Positions 1 to 7,879 of a DNA stretch of 64,000 bases are shown here, one piece after another; positions within the stretch are counted from its first letter, which is position 1, and each line of letters opens with the position of its first letter. A program made the position numbers and the translations under genes. The stretch lies in contig CAXXVS010000002.1 in NCBI GenBank assembly GCA_963674755.2, positions 192,001 to 256,000 of the forward strand. Direction: 5' to 3'. A model generated the notes under the pieces. It was given only the letters and a program-made list of their open reading frames with translations. It ran no database searches and was not told the DNA's origin. The stretch is from Desulfobacterales bacterium. GTDB lineage: Bacteria; Desulfobacterota; Desulfobacteria; Desulfobacterales; UBA5852.

Positions 1-219
1 ATGCAACTCTACCCGGTCAACACCGGGCCCCGCGACCAGGTGGGCGGCGGCTTTCATTCGCAATGGGCCTGCCCGGGCCGCGACTGCATGGAAACCATTT
101 ACAACCGCGAAACCGTTGACCAGCTCATGGCCGCCATGGGGTTTAGTGCCGCACGCGCCCCCCGCCAGCCCGCCGCCGTGACGCATAAAAAAGGAGGATG
201 CTGCAATGGCGCAGCCTAA
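1..219 (+). CDS. Prophage hypothetical protein, probably 5'-truncated by the window edge; Cys motif (CPGRDC) suggests a zinc ribbon
   Basis: ORF runs from position 1 and overlaps the RBS (aggagg, 192-197) and start of the next gene. Confidence 0.55.
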   Translation: MQLYPVNTGPRDQVGGGFHSQWACPGRDCMETIYNRETVDQLMAAMGFSAARAPRQPAAVTHKKGGCCNGAA

Positions 220-862
220 TACCACTTTTCTCTTTAACAACACGGCAAACGATGGCGCCAACAGCGGCAATGCGGCCGGCGGCGCCGGCGGCAACGATAG
301 CAACTGGGTGGTGCTCGACCTGGCCAACGACCGGCTGTTTTTCCTGGACGACCAACAGGCCGACGGCGACAACCGCACCGGCACCCTTTATCCGGTGATT
401 ATTCCCCCCAGCGGCGACCTGGAGGCCCCCAAAACCTTTATTGACGACTATTCGGCCGGCGTGCTGGACCAGGTGCCCTTGGCCGGCACCACCGCCGGCG
501 AGCAATCCGGGGGCAATACGCGCTATGTTTTCGCCATCTATTTCGACGGCCCCACCGCCGGCATCCCCTACCTGGAGGCCTGGAACAGCGCCAGCCACCT
601 GGCGGCGGATGATGCCTTTTTGGGGGGCGGCACGGCCGCCGACAGCACCCTTAAAGCCATCGCCACAACCAACGCGGCCCCGGGTAGCGCCACCTGGGCC
701 GGCACGCCCCTGGCGGGCACCGGCAGCCGGGTTTCCCTGGACGCCGCCGCCCTGGCCGCGGCCAAAAACCTGTATCTCAATATCAAGCAGGTGATCCCGG
801 CGGGCTTTACGCCCCAGGAGGATGCCGCCATCGTGCTGACCCTGCGCTACCTTTACAGCTAG
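206..862 (+). CDS. Prophage putative virion/tail structural protein (218 aa, Gly/Ala/Thr/Asn-rich, C-terminal LTLRYLYS)
   Basis: Strong RBS, GC3-biased codons, beta-rich composition typical of virion proteins, position in tail module. Confidence 0.7.
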   Translation: MAQPNTTFLFNNTANDGANSGNAAGGAGGNDSNWVVLDLANDRLFFLDDQQADGDNRTGTLYPVIIPPSGDLEAPKTFIDDYSAGVLDQVPLAGTTAGEQSGGNTRYVFAIYFDGPTAGIPYLEAWNSASHLAADDAFLGGGTAADSTLKAIATTNAAPGSATWAGTPLAGTGSRVSLDAAALAAAKNLYLNIKQVIPAGFTPQEDAAIVLTLRYLYS

Positions 863-875
863 GAGGCCCGCCGCC

Positions 876-1271
876 ATGCCCAACCCCTGGCAAATGCGCA
901 TCACCCACCCGGCGGGCCCGCCCTATGTCACCCCGGACGTGCGCCTGGGCGATCCCGGGTGGCAGGACCGCCCGCGCTGGCGGCCCATCGCCAGCCTGGA
1001 GCTTTACCTGCCCGCCGGCCACCGCCTGGTGTTGTCCGGCTTCGAGGCCTACAATTTTTTTATCGAGGCGAGCAAACCGCTTTCCGGAGGGCCGGCGCGC
1101 ACCGAAGCCGTTTGGCTGTGCGGCCGCCAGGGCGCCAATGTGGAGACCTGGCGCGTGATCGAGGGCCGCATTGTGCGCGACGTGCAACCCTGGGGCCGGG
1201 AGTGGGTCGGCGGGCCCACCCGGGGCTGGCAGCCGGGTGCGCCGGGCAACGCCTTTTCGGGGGTGGTCTGA
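876..1271 (+). CDS. Prophage hypothetical protein (131 aa, Trp/Pro/Gly-rich)
   Basis: RBS aggagg at 861-866; its TGA overlaps the next ATG (tgatg). Confidence 0.7.
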   Translation: MPNPWQMRITHPAGPPYVTPDVRLGDPGWQDRPRWRPIASLELYLPAGHRLVLSGFEAYNFFIEASKPLSGGPARTEAVWLCGRQGANVETWRVIEGRIVRDVQPWGREWVGGPTRGWQPGAPGNAFSGVV

Positions 1272-2299
1272 TGGCCGTCGAATATGCCACCTGGGACCCT
1301 GCCAACGCCCACGCCAGCCTGACGTTTTCCAATGGCAACCGCACCATTGCAACCCCGGCGGTCAACGGCAGCTATAACGCCAAAAGCACCCTGGGAAAAA
1401 CGGCCGGCAAACACTACCTGGAGGTGACGGTAAACCTGGCCCCGGCATCCTTTGGGGTTTGCCCGGTGGCATATCCGCACAATCGGCATATCGGCGAATT
1501 GAGCAACTACAGCGATTTTGGATGCTATTTTTACTATGGCGGCACCGACTGCCATCTCTACAATAAGGGCGCTTATACCGGCTATTACATCACCGGACTG
1601 TCCTATCAACAGACGGTTTTCGGCATCGCCGCGGACCTTGACAATCGGCTGATATTCTACCGGGGGCCGGCGGGCTGGGGCAGCCGCGGCGGCGTGGGCG
1701 ACCCCGAAACCGGCGCCAACCCGGCCGCTACCCTGGACAGCGGCCAGACCTATTATATCGGGGGCCACGGTCAGACCTGGAATAGCGTCCCACTTTTGAT
1801 TTCCATCAACGCCGGCCAGGATGCTTTTGTCTATCCTGTTCCCAGCGGCTACAATGCCGGGTGGTACGACGGTTACGCCCCCCAAACCGCCCTTGCCGAC
1901 GCCAAACTGCAACTGGCGGCCTGGCACCAGGGCCTTGCCGACCTGCCGGCCTGGCTGAAGGTGGCCTACCTCACCGGACTGGACGACCTGCCCCTGGACC
2001 TGCGCACCTTGGGCCGGGGGCTTTACGACCTGCCCGCGCCGCTGCGGGCCGCCGCCCTTGGCCTGGGCCCCGACTTTGCCGCCCGCCTGGCCGCGGCCGC
2101 CGGATACCGCCAGGACATGGCCCTGGGCCTGGCAACGGCATCGCCCGAGGTGCTGCATGCCCTTGCTATGCGCCTATCAGCCAGCGACGGCACGCGGCTA
2201 AACGACATGGCCCTGCGCTTGGCCGCCATCAAAATGGCGCCGGCCTACCAGGCCGTGGTGGCCCAACGCCTACAGGCCGTGTCGTGGGAGGTATCTTAA
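1271..2299 (+). CDS. Prophage putative tail fibre/receptor-binding protein: N-terminal SPRY/B30.2-like domain plus C-terminal ~14-15 aa repeats
   Basis: True start is probably ATG 1271 (the ORF track extends to 959). SPRY-like motifs TWDP..LTFSNGNRT, GKHYLEV, FGIAADLDNRLIFY, INAGQDAFVYPVPSGY; repeats GLxDLPxxL. Confidence 0.7.
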   Translation: MAVEYATWDPANAHASLTFSNGNRTIATPAVNGSYNAKSTLGKTAGKHYLEVTVNLAPASFGVCPVAYPHNRHIGELSNYSDFGCYFYYGGTDCHLYNKGAYTGYYITGLSYQQTVFGIAADLDNRLIFYRGPAGWGSRGGVGDPETGANPAATLDSGQTYYIGGHGQTWNSVPLLISINAGQDAFVYPVPSGYNAGWYDGYAPQTALADAKLQLAAWHQGLADLPAWLKVAYLTGLDDLPLDLRTLGRGLYDLPAPLRAAALGLGPDFAARLAAAAGYRQDMALGLATASPEVLHALAMRLSASDGTRLNDMALRLAAIKMAPAYQAVVAQRLQAVSWEVS

Positions 2300-2869
2300 A
2301 TGGTCGAGCTTTTGCGCTGGAACGTGGCCGAAAATAGAGAGTGGTTCGTTAAGGTGGCGGATGTTAGCAGCGGCATCGGTGTGAGTCTTTACCACACCTT
2401 GGCCGACCTCCAGGCCGGCGCCAACCGCCAGGCTTATGGTGCGGCCTATTACGGCAGCGGCGTGCCGGTGATCCTGCGCAACGGCGCCGGCATCGCCATT
2501 GAAATGCTGCAATCCCAGTATGGCCACCATGTGACGGTCAGCGGCCAGAGCGGCGATGCCACCCTTAGCCTGCGCGTGGGGCGCTTTGTGGAGCTGCCCG
2601 AAATCTCCCATAGTATTTATCGTGACAGCCGCCTGATCGAGGCCCGCGCCACCGCCGAGATAGACGCCCACACCCATGCCGATATCGCCCGCAACATCGC
2701 CCTGGGCATCCACCTGCCCGAGCTTGAGGCCGGCGACATTGCCCGGCTCAACAGCACGCGCCGGGGCATCGACGCCCTGGGCCAGGTGTCCGGCCACCGC
2801 ATCGTGGGCGAGCAGAACAGCCTCACCAGCGAGCTGGATATATCCTTTTACATGGAGTTAAAGCGCTGA
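2300..2869 (+). CDS. Prophage hypothetical protein, tail-associated (189 aa)
   Basis: Abuts the upstream stop; GC3-biased coding; coupled to the next ORF. Confidence 0.7.
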   Translation: MVELLRWNVAENREWFVKVADVSSGIGVSLYHTLADLQAGANRQAYGAAYYGSGVPVILRNGAGIAIEMLQSQYGHHVTVSGQSGDATLSLRVGRFVELPEISHSIYRDSRLIEARATAEIDAHTHADIARNIALGIHLPELEAGDIARLNSTRRGIDALGQVSGHRIVGEQNSLTSELDISFYMELKR

Positions 2870-3111
2870 TGCTTGAGCAATTATTAAAGAGCAGGCCCAG
2901 CACCTTTACCACCGGGACGGTGGAGGCCGTGAGGACGGCCCAGCGCCAGGCCCTTGTGGCCCTGCCCAGCGGGTTGACCACCTGGGTGAGCTATGGCGAG
3001 GGCCCCGCCCCGGCCGTAGGGCATAGCGTTATCGTGGCCCGCGACGGGCAGCGCTTTATCGTCCAACAGCCGGCCGGCCAGCCGCCCGGTGAAACCCTCC
3101 TGGAAGTTTAA
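2869..3111 (+). CDS. Prophage small protein, possibly OB-fold/spike-like (80 aa)
   Basis: tgatg coupling; pattern GTVEAV...ALVAL...PAVGHSVIVA resembles an OB fold. Confidence 0.6.
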   Translation: MLEQLLKSRPSTFTTGTVEAVRTAQRQALVALPSGLTTWVSYGEGPAPAVGHSVIVARDGQRFIVQQPAGQPPGETLLEV

Positions 3112-3113
3112 AA

Positions 3114-3299
3114 ATGAGTGGTCGCAAAGACAGGGTGATTGAGCAAATAAACATCAATTGCGCCCAAGCCCTGATCGATATCTTGAGATTGGCGCTGGGG
3201 GAGGGAGAGGTTCGCCGGGAGAAGATTGTTTTCTGGAGCATCCATCCCGGATTGGAAAGAATGGTTCATGTAGCGGAACGGGAGTTGATGTGGCCATAA
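3114..3299 (+). CDS. Prophage small hypothetical protein (61 aa)
   Basis: Fills the gap between tail and lysis modules; lower GC; overlaps the next start. Confidence 0.4.
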   Translation: MSGRKDRVIEQININCAQALIDILRLALGEGEVRREKIVFWSIHPGLERMVHVAERELMWP

Positions 3300-3715
3300 A
3301 CCCGGCATGGGTGGGGGCTTGTATCGGTCTGGTAGGTGCTTTGTTGACCATCGGCGGGGCCTGGGCGGTTATGCGATACCAGGTAAATGATCTCAAGCGC
3401 ACCCACCGGGAACTGGAGACCCGCCAGGATCGGCAGGACAACGACGTGAACGATCTGCGGGCCCAGATCGAATCCTTCGAGGCGGTCCTGCAGCAGGCCG
3501 GCCGCAACCTGGAAAAAGCCATCCGGGAGGAATTCGAAAAGGCCCGCAAGACCATCGACAATCGCCTCTTCGGTGACGGCGGCATCCCATACTATGTGCA
3601 TGCCGGCAAATGCCTCGAGGCGCGCCAGGACTGCCGGCAGAAGATCGAGAAGATCGAGGACCGCTATGACGTCCTTTCAAAGGACCTTGAGGCGGTGAAA
3701 GCGAAGGTGACATGA
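3290..3715 (+). CDS. Prophage membrane-anchored coiled-coil protein (holin-like or spanin-like)
   Basis: GTG 3290 after ggag RBS; one N-terminal TM helix (WVGACIGLVGALLTIGGAWAV) then coiled coil; directly upstream of the endolysin. Confidence 0.6.
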   Translation: MAINPAWVGACIGLVGALLTIGGAWAVMRYQVNDLKRTHRELETRQDRQDNDVNDLRAQIESFEAVLQQAGRNLEKAIREEFEKARKTIDNRLFGDGGIPYYVHAGKCLEARQDCRQKIEKIEDRYDVLSKDLEAVKAKVT

Positions 3716-4161
3716 GCATGCACGAGAAGAAGATGATTAAAATTTTCAGGCACGAGCACACGTCGGACGGTACGTTTGGCGTTCTCCTGGTAAACGGCGA
3801 GATCATTGCGTTCACGCTGGAGCGGCCATGGATTGGAAACGAACAGAACGTTTCCTGTATCCCGCCCGGGCTCTACCATGCCCGTAAACGTGAGGATTGG
3901 TTCGGCGCGGAGAAGTACGGGCCCACCTATCAGGTTGAAAATGTTCAAGGACGGACAGGGATTCTTTTCCATGTCGGGAATACGATCGAGGATCTTCAGG
4001 GGTGTATCGCCCCCGGCCTTGCAATGGGGCGCATGAATGACCGGAAAGCGGTTTTGAATTCAGGGGCGGCCTTCCGTCTTTTTTTGAAAGAGATGGGCAA
4101 TGTCGGCGAATCGCCGCTGCTGATAACGTCGTTCGAAGCAAATCCGTATCAAAACTTCTAA
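3712..4161 (+). CDS. DUF5675-family putative phage endolysin (L,D-transpeptidase-like fold)
   Basis: Family motifs TLERPW..N...SCIPPGLY and RTGILFHVGN...DLQGCIAPG with a His/Cys pair; lysis-cassette context. Confidence 0.75.
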   Translation: MSMHEKKMIKIFRHEHTSDGTFGVLLVNGEIIAFTLERPWIGNEQNVSCIPPGLYHARKREDWFGAEKYGPTYQVENVQGRTGILFHVGNTIEDLQGCIAPGLAMGRMNDRKAVLNSGAAFRLFLKEMGNVGESPLLITSFEANPYQNF

Positions 4162-4178
4162 CAGGAAAGGGGTAGACC

Positions 4179-4376
4179 ATGGGGGGATTTTTTCTGGGAG
4201 TTCTCTTCGGGATTATCATTGGCGCCATCGTTGCTTATTTTGTGGCGCGCAACAACCAGAAGCACTTGGATGAGGCGTTTAACGTGGACGATCGGATCCG
4301 TGCTGAGTTCGAGCAGCTCAAGAAAAAAGCTCAGGCCAAGGCCTTTGAGCTGAAACAGGCCGCCCGCAATCTATAG
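4179..4376 (+). CDS. Prophage single-TM small membrane protein
   Basis: N-terminal hydrophobic helix, charged helical tail, purine-rich RBS. Confidence 0.65.
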   Translation: MGGFFLGVLFGIIIGAIVAYFVARNNQKHLDEAFNVDDRIRAEFEQLKKKAQAKAFELKQAARNL

Positions 4377-4406
4377 TTGCCGGCGGGGAAAGGACGGTAA
4401 GGAAGG

Positions 4407-4826
4407 ATGGCATTCGACCCGATATCCGCCGTATTCGAGCTGATCAATACCGGCCTCGACAAGTTCGTCGGGGACAAAATGAGCGAGAAGGACCAGGTCG
4501 AGCTCAAGCAGAATATGGAGATGTTCGTCGCCAAGGAGGCCCGCTCGGAGTCGTCCGCCTTCCGCGATTTCGTCGTCCAGTACGAAGGCGCGGCCAAGGA
4601 TGTCCCGCGGGTGATCGTTATCTTCCGATCGCTGATCCGGCCACTGTTCACGATCCTGGTTGGGTGGCTCGACTACATGTTCTTCACCGGCGCCACGACC
4701 ACCTGGCACCCGGAAGCGATCGCCATGCTCAAGGCCATCAACGTCATTGTCCTGGCTTTCTGGTTCGGCGAGCGGGCATTGAAAAACTCAGGCCTGATCG
4801 ACATTCTACGGAAAAAGGTCGACTGA
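4407..4826 (+). CDS. Putative holin (GTA/3TM-holin-like)
   Basis: RBS aagga; R..IRP followed by TM helices and C-terminal LAFWFGER, typical of 3TM holins; last gene of the cassette. Confidence 0.7.
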   Translation: MAFDPISAVFELINTGLDKFVGDKMSEKDQVELKQNMEMFVAKEARSESSAFRDFVVQYEGAAKDVPRVIVIFRSLIRPLFTILVGWLDYMFFTGATTTWHPEAIAMLKAINVIVLAFWFGERALKNSGLIDILRKKVD

Positions 4827-4861
4827 ACAGAAGAGATTGTCGATAACACCTGTGTTACCAA

Positions 4862-4904
4862 AACTACTTAGGGCCGCCTTGTTAAGAAGCGGCCCTAAGT
4901 AGTT
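4862..4904. terminator. Perfect 16-bp inverted repeat (probable bidirectional terminator) between prophage late genes and tRNA-Val
   Basis: aactacttagggccgc (4862-4877) / gcggccctaagtagtt (4889-4904), 11-nt loop, between convergent transcription units. Confidence 0.8.
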
Positions 4905-4908
4905 GATT
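4896..4908 (-). promoter_or_regulatory. IHF binding site at the prophage att junction
   Basis: taagtagttgatt is the reverse complement of AATCAActacTTA, a perfect match to WATCAANNNNTTR. Confidence 0.65.
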
Positions 4909-4914
4909 TTATTG

Positions 4915-4989
4915 TGGTGGGCGGTACTGGGATTGAACCAGTGACTTCTACCGTGTGAAGGTAGCACTCTCCCGCTGAGTTAACCGCCC
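4915..4989 (-). tRNA. tRNA-Val (anticodon CAC), encoded CCA end; probable prophage integration site
   Basis: Reverse complement GGGCGGTTAACTCAGCGGGAGAGTGCTACCTTCACACGGTAGAAGTCACTGGTTCAATCCCAGTACCGCCCACCA folds as a cloverleaf with anticodon loop TT-CAC-AC and T-loop TTCAATC. Confidence 0.97.
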
Positions 4990-4996
4990 GTTAGCG

Positions 4997-5278
4997 CTAG
5001 GATGCGGCGTTGACCATTTCCTTCAGTTCTTTGCCGACTTTGAAAAAAGGCAATTTTTTGGCGGGGACCCGAATTTTTTGTCCGGTTTTGGGGTTGCGGC
5101 CGACATAAGACTTATACCCGTTGACCGTAAAGCTGCCAAACCCCCTGATTTCAACCCGCCCTCCACCGCCAAGCGAATCCTCGATGGACTGAAAAAAAAT
5201 ATTAACGATATTTTCGGCTTCCTGACGGCTTAGGTTGATGTTTTCCTTGAGAGCCACCATCAGATCGGATTTGTTCAT
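4997..5278 (-). CDS. ihfB: Integration host factor subunit (IHF-beta/HU family)
   Basis: MNKSDL..., RVEIRGFGSF, GRNPKTG, PFFKVGKELKE motifs. Confidence 0.85.
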   Translation of the reverse strand: MNKSDLMVALKENINLSRQEAENIVNIFFQSIEDSLGGGGRVEIRGFGSFTVNGYKSYVGRNPKTGQKIRVPAKKLPFFKVGKELKEMVNAAS

Positions 5279-5354
5279 TGAGACTCCTTTGATTTTCCGA
5301 ACCCGCGCTGTTTGAAAGCGAAAGCCATCTTATAGACTTGCCGCTGTTTTGAAG

Positions 5355-6077
5355 TCAAGAATTTTTTCCTTCGTCCGGAGGGGGCGCCGCGCCGTATTCC
5401 ATGTCTTCCAATTCCGGCTTTGATGCATGGTCTTCGTCCTGGGGAAATGCTATCGCCTTCTGACCATCCGTCCCTTTTTCATCCGCCGGATCGGATTCCG
5501 AGGCGGCATCGTCAGGCTCAACCGCTTCGGTGTCCGGGAACTCCATATCGATCTCCGCTCCCAGCGCTTCAATCTCTTTGGGAGATGGCAGATCGCGCAG
5601 ATCCTTAAGATTGAAAACTTCCAGGAATTGCCGCGTCGTGCCGTAAATCATCGGACGACCGGGGATATCCTTGCGACCCATCACGCGAATGAGTTTTTTT
5701 TCAAGCAGCATCCGCAGGACCCCCCCACAGTCGACGCCCCGGATGTGTTCCACGTCGGCGCGGATGATGGGCTGCTTGTAGGCGATAATCGCGAGCGTCT
5801 CCAGGGCCGCCCGGCTCAGACGGGCGGGGGAGGGTTTCAGCAACTTCTTGACCCATTCGCTGTATTCGGCGCGTGTGCGAAACTGATACCCCCCCGCAAT
5901 CTGCCGCAGTTCGAAACCGCCGCCGCGCTGGTCATATTCCACGATCAGTTCCTCAAGGGCGGATCGGATATCGTCGGACGCCTCGATTTCCAGAATGGAT
6001 TTAAATTGCTGGATGGAGAGGGGCTCTTCGGCGACGAACAGCAGACTCTCAAGGATATGTTTTAGCGGTTGGGTCAT
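5355..6077 (-). CDS. scpB: SMC-Scp complex subunit ScpB
   Basis: LESLLFVAEEPL, LSRAALETLAIIAYKQP, GRPMIYGTT..FL motifs. Confidence 0.95.
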   Translation of the reverse strand: MTQPLKHILESLLFVAEEPLSIQQFKSILEIEASDDIRSALEELIVEYDQRGGGFELRQIAGGYQFRTRAEYSEWVKKLLKPSPARLSRAALETLAIIAYKQPIIRADVEHIRGVDCGGVLRMLLEKKLIRVMGRKDIPGRPMIYGTTRQFLEVFNLKDLRDLPSPKEIEALGAEIDMEFPDTEAVEPDDAASESDPADEKGTDGQKAIAFPQDEDHASKPELEDMEYGAAPPPDEGKNS

Positions 6078-6787
6078 TGATAGAATATCCGAATTACACC
6101 TGTCGGAATATGCTGGGTAACACGGAGGAGACTGAGCTTGACCATTTCCAGGATGGCCAGAAAAGTGACGATCACATCCGCACGCGTACGGCTTTCGACA
6201 AAAAGCTCATCAAAGGCAAGCGATCCTTTTTCTTCGAGCAGATCGACGATCTGGTTGATGCGCTCCTTCACCGAAACCCGTTCGCTGTAAAGCTCCACAC
6301 GATGTTCGCCCGTCATGTCATCCAGAATCTTACGGAACGCATCGATCAGCTCAAAAAGTCCCACCTGGATCTCTTTTTCTTCGATGGCAAAAGCGGCCGT
6401 CTGTGTAGATGTAGCGCGAATAAAGGTCTTATCACCAAGCAGGTCACGGTCGGCCAGCTGCTGGGCGGCATTTTTCATTTGCAGGTACTCGATCAGCGGC
6501 CGGGCGATGGCGCTGCGGGGGTCTTCCTCGTCCTCGTCTTCGTTTTCATAGGCCGGCAGGAGCATGCGGGACTTGATATGGGTAAGTGTTGCCGCCATCA
6601 CGATAAACTCACCGGCGAACTCGATATTCATGGCTTTCATCCATTCCAGATATTCCAGATACTGCCGGGTGATCAGGGCAATGGGGATGTCGTAGATGTC
6701 CACCTCGTTTTTTTTGATGAGATGGACCAGGAGGTCCATGGGACCTTCAAAGACATCCTCCAAATGGATCTGATAGACATCTGTCAT
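6074..6787 (-). CDS. scpA: Segregation and condensation protein ScpA
   Basis: FEGPMDLLVHLI, DIPIALIT.QY, FLAILEMVK motifs; coupled to scpB. Confidence 0.95.
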   Translation of the reverse strand: MTDVYQIHLEDVFEGPMDLLVHLIKKNEVDIYDIPIALITRQYLEYLEWMKAMNIEFAGEFIVMAATLTHIKSRMLLPAYENEDEDEEDPRSAIARPLIEYLQMKNAAQQLADRDLLGDKTFIRATSTQTAAFAIEEKEIQVGLFELIDAFRKILDDMTGEHRVELYSERVSVKERINQIVDLLEEKGSLAFDELFVESRTRADVIVTFLAILEMVKLSLLRVTQHIPTGVIRIFYQ

Positions 6788-6835
6788 GGGTGCGAGCGTT
6801 CCGGATCAGAGCGGATGGTACCGCCCGAAACGATG

Positions 6836-7846
6836 TTAGCTTAGCGCTGCAATGCCGACGGTACGACGAATTTGCGCTAAGAACGGTCTACTATATGCGC
6901 GGGCTTTACGGGCCCCCTCCTGAAGGACGCTTTCGATCTGCTCCGGGTGGTCGAGAAGTTCGAGGTAGCGGGCCCGCGGGCCCTTGAGGTGGTTGTTCAA
7001 ATACTCGAAAAGGTATTGTTTCATTTCTCCCCAGGCGATGCCTTTGGCGTAGCGGTCGCGTAGGGCGAGGGTTTCATCCGGTTGGGCAAAGGCCTGGAAA
7101 ATTTGAAAAAGGGTGCAGCTATCCGGGTTTTTGGGTTCCTCCGGGGCCTGGGAGTTGGTTTTGATTTTCATGATCAGCTTGCGCAGCTTCTTTTCGGGGA
7201 TAAAAAGCGGTATCGTGTTGTTATAGCTCTTGCTCATCTTCCGGCCGTCCAGCCCTTGCAGGACGGCCGTCTTATCATCGACCACGGCCTCCGGCAGAAC
7301 AAAGGTCGTTCCATAGGTATGATTGAACCGCATGGCAATGTCACGCGCCATTTCCAGATGTTGAATCTGATCCTTACCCACGGGCACCCGGGAAGCCTTG
7401 AACATCAATATATCGGCGGCCATAAGGATCGGATAGCTGAAAAGGCCCATGTTAATCCCCTTGTCGGGGTCCTTGGCTTTGAGCTCTTCATTTTCCTGCA
7501 CGGCCGCCTTATAGGCATGGGCCCGGTTCATCAGCCCCTTGGCGGTCATGCAGGTAATCATCCAGGTGAGTTCGGGAATTTCAGAAATATCGGACTGGCG
7601 ATAGAACAGACAGCGATCCGTATCCAATCCCAATGCCAACCAGGTGGCGGCCACCTCAAGCGTGGACTGACGCAACACGGCAGGATCATGGCATTTTACA
7701 AGGGCATGATAATCGGCCAGAAAATAAAAAGAAAGCGCCTCAGAACTACGGCTGGCCTGGATGGCAGGCCGAATGGCGCCCACGTAGTTGCCGATATGGG
7801 GAGTTCCCGTGGTGGTGATGCCGGTCAGAACGACAGTTTTGCTCAT
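6836..7846 (-). CDS. trpS: Tryptophan-tRNA ligase
   Basis: HIGN (HIGH-like) and KMSKS motifs, YPILMAADIL, VPVGKDQ.QH. Confidence 0.97.
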   Translation of the reverse strand: MSKTVVLTGITTTGTPHIGNYVGAIRPAIQASRSSEALSFYFLADYHALVKCHDPAVLRQSTLEVAATWLALGLDTDRCLFYRQSDISEIPELTWMITCMTAKGLMNRAHAYKAAVQENEELKAKDPDKGINMGLFSYPILMAADILMFKASRVPVGKDQIQHLEMARDIAMRFNHTYGTTFVLPEAVVDDKTAVLQGLDGRKMSKSYNNTIPLFIPEKKLRKLIMKIKTNSQAPEEPKNPDSCTLFQIFQAFAQPDETLALRDRYAKGIAWGEMKQYLFEYLNNHLKGPRARYLELLDHPEQIESVLQEGARKARAYSRPFLAQIRRTVGIAALS

Positions 7847-7879
7847 AACGCCTTCCATTTCCGCTGAGAACAGGATCAG

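Larger units (their letters stand above)
1..4910 (+). mobile_element. Prophage, distal end (tail/virion module and lysis cassette); continues upstream of the window
   Basis: Tightly packed co-oriented hypothetical genes, a SPRY-domain fibre-like gene, DUF5675-like endolysin and holin-like genes, ending at the 3' end of a tRNA gene with an IHF site. The integrase is not in the window. Confidence 0.85.

Noticed and set aside
959..1270. N-terminal extension of the 446-aa ORF 959..2299
   Set aside because: Overlaps the 876..1271 gene in another frame, has shadow-like Arg/Pro composition, and ATG 1271 is coupled to the upstream stop.
1..4910. Diversity-generating retroelement or invertible tail-fibre shufflon in the prophage
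   Set aside because: No reverse transcriptase, template repeat, invertase or inverted crossover sites visible in the window; only the compositional hint reported separately.
5427..7867. Long + strand ORFs antisense to scpB, scpA and trpS (and similar antisense ORFs throughout, e.g. 16542..17513, 19383..20495, 30211..31440, 48669..49874)
   Set aside because: Mirror-frame ORFs expected opposite GC3-rich genes; no motifs or RBS.
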